A program made the position numbers and the translations under genes. The notes beneath the pieces were generated by a model. That model saw only the letters and a list, made by a program, of their open reading frames with translations. It did no database searches and was not told the origin of the DNA. From an uncultured Solirubrobacterales bacterium (GTDB lineage: Bacteria; Actinomycetota; Thermoleophilia; Solirubrobacterales; Solirubrobacteraceae): a stretch of 64,000 nucleotides of DNA. The stretch lies in contig OY970221.1 in the NCBI GenBank assembly GCA_963714025.1, positions 1,519,901 to 1,583,900 of the forward strand, given 5' to 3'. Positions 41,395-49,503 of the stretch are shown here, one piece after another (within the stretch, counting starts at the first letter, position 1; each line of letters starts with the position of its first letter).

Positions 41395-42890
41395 ATGACA
41401 CCCCTGCGCAGCGGGGGGTCGAGGCTGCGAGCGCAGAGGCGCCGGCACAGCAGGCTCCGCTGGTGCTGGTATCGAACCGCGGCCCCGTGACCTTCCACGC
41501 GGGCGGGGAGATCCAGCGCGGCTCGGGCGGGCTGGTGACGGCGCTGACGGGATTGGCCTCGCACCGCGACGCGATCTGGATCGCCTCGGCGATGTCCGAG
41601 CACGACGCCCAGGCCTCACGCGCGGCAGGGGGACGGGCGTTCCCGGTGGTCTCGCCCGCGGGGGGCGAGTTCCAAGTGCGCCTGGTGGTCTCCGACGAGG
41701 AGGCCTATGACCGCTTCTACAACGTCTTCGCCAACCCGATGCTGTGGTTCATCCAGCACTACCTGTGGGATCTCTCCAACGCGCCGGACATCCGTCGCGA
41801 GGAGATCGAGGCGTTCGAGTTTGGCTACAACGCCGTCAACGACGATCTCGCGCGGGCGGTCGTGCAGGAGCTCGAGGGCATGGCCGAGCCGGTGGTGATG
41901 GTGCACGACTACCACCTCTACACGCTGCCCGACCTCGTGCGCAAAGCCCGCCCGGACGCGTTCCTGCACCACTTCATCCACATCCCCTGGACGCAGTCGG
42001 ACGCCTGGCGGGTGCTGCCGACGAAGATCCGTCAGGAGATCTATGCGGGCCTGTTGGCAAACGACATCATCGGCTTTCACACGCGCTCCTATCGGCGCAA
42101 CTTCCTGCAGTGCTGTCGCGACCTGATGGACCTGGAGGTCGACTTCGAGCGCGGGATCGTGTGGTACGGCGAGCGCGAAGTGTGGGTGCGAGCCTACCCG
42201 CTGCCGATCGACCACGAGGCCACCCGCAAGCTCGCGCAGCGCCCGCGCGTGGCCGAGTTCGAGGCCGAGCTCCAGCGCCGCCGCCGCGACCATCTGATCC
42301 TGCGCGTGGACCGCGCGGACCTCTCGAAGAACGTGCTGCGCGGGTTCTCGGCCTTCGACCTGTTCCTCGAGCAGCACCCCGAGTTCTCCGAGCGCGTGAC
42401 CTTCATGGCGCAGATGATGCCCTCGCGCACCGACGTGCCGCAGTACGCGGAGTACCTCGAGCGCATCGAGGCGCTCGTGGCCGTCGTCAACCACCGCCAC
42501 GGCACGCCCGACTGGATGCCGATCCAGCTGAAGCTGCGCGACGACCTCGATGAGGCGATGGCCGCCTACAAGCACTACGACGTGCTGCTCGTGAACGCGA
42601 TGTTCGACGGCATGAACCTCGTCGCCAAGGAGGGCCCGATCGTGAACGAGCGCGAGGGCGTGTCGATCCTCTCGGAGAACACCGGTGCGCACGAGGAGCT
42701 CGGCGAGTACGCGCTGTCGGTGAACCCCTTCGACATCCAGGAGCTCGCCGACTCGATCTACGCAGCGCTGGCGATGACCCCGCAGGAGCGCAGCCGGCGG
42801 GCACGGGGACTCGCGGAGATCGTCACCTCGCGCGATCCGGGTGACTGGATCGACGAGCAGCTGGCCGACATACGCGCGAAGGGACGCTGA
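41391..42890 (+). CDS. otsA: Trehalose-6-phosphate synthase (GT20)
   Basis: SNRGP, GGLVTAL, HDYHL, HIPW, DGMNLVAKE. Confidence 0.9.
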   Translation: MNDTPAQRGVEAASAEAPAQQAPLVLVSNRGPVTFHAGGEIQRGSGGLVTALTGLASHRDAIWIASAMSEHDAQASRAAGGRAFPVVSPAGGEFQVRLVVSDEEAYDRFYNVFANPMLWFIQHYLWDLSNAPDIRREEIEAFEFGYNAVNDDLARAVVQELEGMAEPVVMVHDYHLYTLPDLVRKARPDAFLHHFIHIPWTQSDAWRVLPTKIRQEIYAGLLANDIIGFHTRSYRRNFLQCCRDLMDLEVDFERGIVWYGEREVWVRAYPLPIDHEATRKLAQRPRVAEFEAELQRRRRDHLILRVDRADLSKNVLRGFSAFDLFLEQHPEFSERVTFMAQMMPSRTDVPQYAEYLERIEALVAVVNHRHGTPDWMPIQLKLRDDLDEAMAAYKHYDVLLVNAMFDGMNLVAKEGPIVNEREGVSILSENTGAHEELGEYALSVNPFDIQELADSIYAALAMTPQERSRRARGLAEIVTSRDPGDWIDEQLADIRAKGR

Positions 42891-42898
42891 GTTGGGTG

Positions 42899-43019
42899 GG
42901 CCTTGCCGCATGCGGCAAGGCCGGCAGGGTCGCATGCGACCCTGCCTGGAGACCGCGCATGCGCGGTCTCCCCGAGCGGTGCATGCACCGCTCGGCCCCT
43001 CGGCGCATGCGCCGAGGGG
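42899..43019. repeat. Palindrome array 2: five perfect 24-bp palindromes with a GCATGC centre and different arms
   Basis: GGCCTTGCCGCATGCGGCAAGGCC; GGCAGGGTCGCATGCGACCCTGCC; one T spacer; GGAGACCGCGCATGCGCGGTCTCC; CCGAGCGGTGCATGCACCGCTCGG; CCCCTCGGCGCATGCGCCGAGGGG. Confidence 0.97.
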
Positions 43020-43070
43020 AACTGCTCCTACCCGCCATGCTCGCCCAACCCGCTACTCTGTCCGCCGGAC

Positions 43071-43502
43071 ATGACCTTGCCCGCCCCCACATACGATCTC
43101 GTGCTGCTCCTCGACCCGCGCGTCGAGGAGGGTGTGCGCACGAAGATCCTCGACGACACCCGCGCCGCGATCGCCGCGGCCGGCGAGGTCGTCAACGAGG
43201 ACGACTGGGGCGATCGCGCGCTGGCCTATCCGATCGAGCGCCATGCCGACGCCGAGTATCGCCTGCTGCAGTTTCACGCGGGCACTCCTCAGCTGCTCAG
43301 CGACCTCGACCGGACCTTGCGGATCACCGACGGGGTTCTGCGCTTCCGGATCGTCAAGCTCGCACCCGGCACGCCCGACGCGCCCGACATGCGCAGCGCG
43401 GGCGCGGCCGCGCCCCGGCAGGCCGAGCCGCCGCACTCCCCGCCGCCGGCGGCCGAGGCTCCGCCCGAGGTCGCCGTGGGCGAGCCCGAGCCTGCGGCGT
43501 AG
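43071..43502 (+). CDS. rpsF: 30S ribosomal protein S6
   Basis: YDLVLLLDP, WGDRALAYPI, LRITDGVLRF; lies upstream of ssb-rpsR-rplI. Confidence 0.92.
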   Translation: MTLPAPTYDLVLLLDPRVEEGVRTKILDDTRAAIAAAGEVVNEDDWGDRALAYPIERHADAEYRLLQFHAGTPQLLSDLDRTLRITDGVLRFRIVKLAPGTPDAPDMRSAGAAAPRQAEPPHSPPPAAEAPPEVAVGEPEPAA

Positions 43503-43534
43503 CCCGAGCGCACGAGGGGTAATACACTCGACAT

Positions 43535-44185
43535 ATGGCTTGGGCGCAGGACAGTGAGCAGGGGGCGACGAGCCGGACCGATGTGCTCCGGGACTCTCCG
43601 CCGATGTTCGAGTCGCGGCTGCTGGACGCCTGCTCGCGCGTGCACCCGCTGGTTCCCGTGCTCGTGTTCGTGCCGGGGATCGTGTTGCTCGCGGCTTGGA
43701 GCCTCTCGAACGTGAGCCTGCCGGCCACGATCGGCCTGATGATCGGCGGGTACGCGCTGTGGACGCTATTCGAGTACTGGCTGCATCGGATCGTCTTCCA
43801 CTTCGAGCCCGAGGACGGGTTCGGGGCGCGACTGCACTGGATCATCCACGGCGTCCACCACGAGCACCCCAACGACCCGCTGCGGCTGGTGATGCCCCCG
43901 GCCGTCAGCATCCCCCTGGGAGCTGCCGTGTTCGGGCTGCTGTATCTCGCCTTCGGCAGCGACTACGCGCCCGGGCTGGGAGCGGGGTTCTTCGCCGGAT
44001 ACCTGGCCTACGACATGCTCCACTACTACGTCCACCACTTCACCCCGCGCTCGCGCCTGGGCCGGATGCTGCGCGAGCGGCACATGCGCCACCACTTCCA
44101 GGACGACACCAAGGGGTTCGGGATCAGTGCGCCCTACTGGGACGAGATCTTCCGCACCTCCTCGCGCGTACGTCGCGAGCGGTAG
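43535..44185 (+). CDS. Fatty-acid hydroxylase / sterol desaturase family protein
   Basis: His boxes EYWLHRIVFH, HGVHH, HYYVHH and HMRHH; RLVMPP. Confidence 0.9.
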   Translation: MAWAQDSEQGATSRTDVLRDSPPMFESRLLDACSRVHPLVPVLVFVPGIVLLAAWSLSNVSLPATIGLMIGGYALWTLFEYWLHRIVFHFEPEDGFGARLHWIIHGVHHEHPNDPLRLVMPPAVSIPLGAAVFGLLYLAFGSDYAPGLGAGFFAGYLAYDMLHYYVHHFTPRSRLGRMLRERHMRHHFQDDTKGFGISAPYWDEIFRTSSRVRRER

Positions 44186-44344
44186 AGCCGGCGTCGGCCC
44201 TGCTGCGATACGCGCGTACGTGTCGCGGTCCCGGCCTTCGCGCCCAGCTCCAAAGGCCGGTGAAGGGACGCAAAACCCCCAACGTGCGACCTCGGCGCAG
44301 AAAACCCGCCGCACGCGCGTCTACACTCGCCGATAGCCCACTGG

Positions 44345-44358
44345 CGAACGTCTGTTCG
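44345..44358. promoter_or_regulatory. Candidate LexA (SOS) box upstream of ssb
   Basis: CGAAC-GTCT-GTTCG matches the Gram-positive GAAC-N4-GTTC consensus. Confidence 0.7.
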
Positions 44359-44432
44359 CCGGAGGGCGGCCTCGGGGCACAAACACAGAGCCCAGAGAGA
44401 CACGAACACAGATAGAGCGAAAGGAAAGAACC

Positions 44433-44909
44433 GTGGCCGCCACCAACATCAACAGGGTCGTTATGACCGGGAACCTGACCGCCGATCCCGAGCTGCGCTC
44501 GCTGCCGAGCGGCATGTCCGTGTGCAGCCTGCGCATCGCCTGCAACACCCGTCGCAAGGACGGAGCCACCGGCGAATGGGTCGACAAGCCCAACTACTTC
44601 AACGTCACCGTGTGGGGCGCGCAGGGCGAGAACGCCGCCCGCTACCTCTCCAAGGGAAGGCCCGTGGCGATCGACGGACGCCTGGAGTGGCGCGAGTGGG
44701 AGGCACAGGACGGGGCAAAACGACAGGCAACCGATATCATTGCCGACTCGGTGCAGTTCCTGGGCTCGCGCGAGGACGTCGGAAGCGGCGGAGGCGCGAC
44801 GGGCAACGGGGTCTCACAGGGCAGCGACATCCCCGTGCACGAAGGGGATTTCCAGCCCGCTGCACCTGTCGCAGCCGGTGGTGCCGGCGACGACGACATC
44901 CCGTTCTGA
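44433..44909 (+). CDS. ssb: Single-stranded DNA-binding protein
   Basis: NRVVMTGNLTADPELR; C-terminal DDDIPF. Confidence 0.97.
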   Translation: MAATNINRVVMTGNLTADPELRSLPSGMSVCSLRIACNTRRKDGATGEWVDKPNYFNVTVWGAQGENAARYLSKGRPVAIDGRLEWREWEAQDGAKRQATDIIADSVQFLGSREDVGSGGGATGNGVSQGSDIPVHEGDFQPAAPVAAGGAGDDDIPF

Positions 44910-44941
44910 TTTCCCCATAGACATAGCGAGGCAGAGTTCAA

Positions 44942-45265
44942 GTGGCAAAGCGCGGTCGCGGCAAGCCGGTGCGCCGGCGAGACAAGAAGGGTGGTCCCGG
45001 TAGCGGGCGGCGCAAGCCATGCCAGCACTGCCGCGACAAGATCGAGCAGGTCGACTACAAGGATGTCGGCATGCTGCGCAAGTTCGTCTCCGAGAAGGGC
45101 AAGATCCGCTCGCGGCGGATCACGGGCGCGTGCCGGCGTCATCAGAACCAGATCGCCACGGCCGTCAAGCGCGCGCGCGAGCTGGCGCTGCTGCCGTACG
45201 TGAACGAGGGCGGTCGCGACGACAGCCCTCGCCGCGACCGGGGCGACCGCGACCGGGAACGCTAG
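44942..45265 (+). CDS. rpsR: 30S ribosomal protein S18 (Cys-containing form)
   Basis: [41 protein letters not shown]. Confidence 0.96.
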   Translation: MAKRGRGKPVRRRDKKGGPGSGRRKPCQHCRDKIEQVDYKDVGMLRKFVSEKGKIRSRRITGACRRHQNQIATAVKRARELALLPYVNEGGRDDSPRRDRGDRDRER

Positions 45266-45299
45266 CCGCGCCCCTCGAGAAGACGGAGGACTGACCGCA

Positions 45300-45752
45300 A
45301 TGCCCGAAGCGATACTTCTGCAAGACGTCGAGCAGCTCGGCGAGCAGGGCAAGGTGATCGACGTCTCGAAGGGCTACCTGCGCAACTACCTGGTGCCGCG
45401 CAAGCTCGCTCAGCCGGCCACCAGGGGTGCGATCGAAGCGATCAAGCAGCGCCAGGAGGCCGCGGAGCGGGCCGAGCGCAATGCGATCGAGAAAGCCCAG
45501 GAGAACGTCAACCTGCTGAACCGCACCGTGCTCACGATCCCCCAGCAGGCCGGCGCGGACGGGCGCCTGTTCGGATCGGTGACCGCGCAGGACATCGCCA
45601 CGGCGATCCGCGAAGCGCGCGGGCTGAAAATCGACAAACGCGGCGTGTACCTGCCCGAGCCGATCAAGAGCGTCGGCACCTACATGGTCGTGGTCGACGT
45701 CGTCGAGGGTGTCCAGGCGACGATCAAGACGATGGTCGTCGCGAAGAAGTAG
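45300..45752 (+). CDS. rplI: 50S ribosomal protein L9
   Basis: ILLQDVEQLG, GYLRNYLVP, GRLFGSVT. Confidence 0.96.
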   Translation: MPEAILLQDVEQLGEQGKVIDVSKGYLRNYLVPRKLAQPATRGAIEAIKQRQEAAERAERNAIEKAQENVNLLNRTVLTIPQQAGADGRLFGSVTAQDIATAIREARGLKIDKRGVYLPEPIKSVGTYMVVVDVVEGVQATIKTMVVAKK

Positions 45753-45856
45753 TCCGGGAGCGATTTTCTCCGACGAGCGTGATGACGTCGGGAGGGGGTC
45801 GGAGGGAGGGCCTTCTCTCCCCCCGTTGAGTAATGGTCGTCGCGAAGAAGTAGTCC
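45732..45856 (+). repeat. 24-bp exact direct repeat of the rplI 3' end flanking a 77-bp insert
   Basis: ATGGTCGTCGCGAAGAAGTAGTCC at 45732-45755 and 45833-45856. Confidence 0.93.
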
Positions 45857-45878
45857 TCCGGCGCGTCTGCTCCGCCTG

Positions 45879-45892
45879 CGAACATCTGTTCG
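45879..45892. promoter_or_regulatory. Candidate LexA (SOS) box upstream of dnaB
   Basis: CGAAC-ATCT-GTTCG; differs from the ssb box by one base. Confidence 0.7.
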
Positions 45893-45974
45893 TGGGGAGC
45901 GAAATAACCCGACATAGCGGGGTGGCCGTCCGGGAAGGCGCGCGCGCCGATCTAGACTCGCGCGAGTCAACATC

Positions 45975-47393
45975 ATGAGCGCCGTCGCCACGACAAACAA
46001 CGGTGCGGGGAACGGGATGGCAGCGTCTAACCGCCAAGGGGCGGGCGCAGGCGCGATCGCCCCTCCGCACAACCTCGATGCCGAGCAGTCGGTGCTCGGC
46101 GCAATCCTGCTGTCCGATCGCGCGCTGTATGCGCTGGTGATCGAAGAGGGGCTGCGCCCGGAGGACTTCTACCGCGAGCGTCACGGCGCGATCTACGCGG
46201 CGATGCTCGCGCTGTACAACGAATCCGAGCCCGTGGACGTGCTGACGGTGACCGACCGCCTGCGCCAGGTGGGCAAGCTTGAGGAGATCGGCGGGCCGGC
46301 GGCCGTGGACGAGCTTACCGGCGTGGTGCCTGCTGCCGGCCACGCCCGCCGCTACGCGCAGATCGTGCGCGAGAACGCGCTGCTGCGACGCCTGCTGAGC
46401 GCATCGTTCGAGATCCAGGAGAATGTGCTCGGCCACTCCGCCGCCCCGCGCGAGCTGGTCGAGCAGGCCGAGAAGGCGATGCTAGAGGTCGCGCGCGATG
46501 ACCGCCAGCAGGACTTCCGTGCGATCGAGGAGGTGCTGCACGAGGAGCTCGACAAGCTCCACCGCCTGTCGATCGAAGGGACCTCGCTGACGGGCACGCC
46601 CTCGGGGTTCAAGGACCTCGACGAGATCACCGGCGGGTTTCAGCCGGGCAACCTGATCATCATCGCCGCGCGACCGGCGATGGGCAAGTCGGCGCTCGTC
46701 TGCAACATCGCCGAGAACGCGGCCGTCGAGCACGGCAAGCCGGTGGCGCTGTTCAGCCTGGAGATGGCCGAGGCCGAGCTGGCGCAGCGGTTCGTGGCCT
46801 CGCAGGCGCGGATCAAGGGCGAGGAGCTGCGCAAGGGCCGCGTGGCCGAGCAGCGCTGGCCGAAGATCCTCAAGGCCTCACAGCGCCTGGCCGCGGCGCC
46901 GCTGTGGGTGGACGACTCGAGCGACGTGGGACTGCTGGAGATCCGCGCGAAGGCGCGGCGGCTGCACAGTCAGTGCGAGAACGGGCTGGGCCTGATCATC
47001 ATCGACTACCTGCAGCTGATGCGCACCGACAGCCGCTACGACTCGCGCGTGACCGCCGTGGGCGAGCTGAGCCGCGGGTTGAAGATCCTCGCGCGCGAGC
47101 TCGGCGTGCCGGTGATCGCGCTCTCGCAGCTCTCGCGCGCGGTCGAGCAGCGCACGCCCAAGGTTCCCCAGCTCTCCGATCTGCGCGAGTCCGGGAACCT
47201 CGAGCAGGACTCCGATCTGGTGATGTTCATCTACCGCGACGAGTACTACGACGAGGACTCCGAGCGCCCGGGCGAGGCCGACCTGATCATCGCCAAGCAC
47301 CGCAACGGAGCCGTCGGCAAAGTCACGCTGACCTTTCAGAAGGAGTATCCCAAGTTCCTGAGCTATGCCGGCGCAGAGCGGTTCGCGCAGTGA
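45975..47393 (+). CDS. dnaB: Replicative DNA helicase
   Basis: PPHNLDAEQSVLG, AARPAMGKS, FSLEM, IDYLQLM, LSQLSR, DLRESG, AKHRNG. Confidence 0.97.
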   Translation: MSAVATTNNGAGNGMAASNRQGAGAGAIAPPHNLDAEQSVLGAILLSDRALYALVIEEGLRPEDFYRERHGAIYAAMLALYNESEPVDVLTVTDRLRQVGKLEEIGGPAAVDELTGVVPAAGHARRYAQIVRENALLRRLLSASFEIQENVLGHSAAPRELVEQAEKAMLEVARDDRQQDFRAIEEVLHEELDKLHRLSIEGTSLTGTPSGFKDLDEITGGFQPGNLIIIAARPAMGKSALVCNIAENAAVEHGKPVALFSLEMAEAELAQRFVASQARIKGEELRKGRVAEQRWPKILKASQRLAAAPLWVDDSSDVGLLEIRAKARRLHSQCENGLGLIIIDYLQLMRTDSRYDSRVTAVGELSRGLKILARELGVPVIALSQLSRAVEQRTPKVPQLSDLRESGNLEQDSDLVMFIYRDEYYDEDSERPGEADLIIAKHRNGAVGKVTLTFQKEYPKFLSYAGAERFAQ

Positions 47394-48106
47394 CCATCCT
47401 CGAGAGCTGCCCATTCGAAGCCTGCGACGGCAGCGGGTTCGTGATCGACGAGGCCACAAACACCGCCACCGACTGCCGCTGCCGCGCGGGGCGGATCGCG
47501 ATGGCGCGAACCCGCAATTTGGCGGGCCGGATACCACGCCGATATCAGGAGGTCTCCTTCGATCGGCCGCCGGTCAGCGACATCGCGCGCACGGCGCCCG
47601 AGCAGATTCGTGTCATCCGCCGCTACGTCCAGACGGTGGACGCGAACCTCGACGCGGGCAAAGGTCTGTGGCTGATGGGAGACGTGGGGACCGGCAAGAC
47701 GACGCTGGCGATGCTCGTCTCGCGAGCCGCGCTGCAGGCCGGCAGATCGGTGGCGATCTACTCGCTGCCGCGCCTGCTGAACCTGATCCGCGAAGCGATC
47801 GACTCCGACGACGGCAAGCTCGACCTGCTCGACCGGCTGGCGGCGGTCGACCTGCTGCACATCGACGACCTCGGCGCCGAGCATCAGACCGACTGGGTGC
47901 TCGAGCAGCTCTACTCGATCGTCAACGCCCGCTACGAGGCACGCCGGGCGATCCTCGCGACGACCAACCTCGAACCCAAGGAGCTATCCGAGCAGATCGG
48001 CCTGCGCACGGTCTCGCGCCTGGAGGAGATCTGCGGCGAACCATTGCCGTTCTTCGGCGGAGACAAGCGACAGCGCGAGTTCGAGGTCGTCGCGCGAACC
48101 GCCTGA
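47390..48106 (+). CDS. DnaC/DnaI/IstB-like AAA+ ATPase; probable helicase loader
   Basis: N-terminal CPFEAC...CRC, GDVGTGKT, LLHIDDLG, TTN, SRL; GTGA overlap with the dnaB stop. Confidence 0.82.
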   Translation: MTILESCPFEACDGSGFVIDEATNTATDCRCRAGRIAMARTRNLAGRIPRRYQEVSFDRPPVSDIARTAPEQIRVIRRYVQTVDANLDAGKGLWLMGDVGTGKTTLAMLVSRAALQAGRSVAIYSLPRLLNLIREAIDSDDGKLDLLDRLAAVDLLHIDDLGAEHQTDWVLEQLYSIVNARYEARRAILATTNLEPKELSEQIGLRTVSRLEEICGEPLPFFGGDKRQREFEVVARTA

Positions 48107-49480
<1,374 letters not shown>

Positions 49481-49503
49481 CAGCCCTGCCCGGGCTCTCG
49501 TCC

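Noticed and set aside
17241-43019. Palindrome arrays as CRISPR arrays
   Set aside because: There is no invariant repeat alternating with spacers, units are only 24 bp and wholly self-complementary, and no cas genes are in the window.
47390-48106. IS21 element (istB)
   Set aside because: There is no istA and no terminal inverted repeats, and the gene is coupled to dnaB within core synteny.
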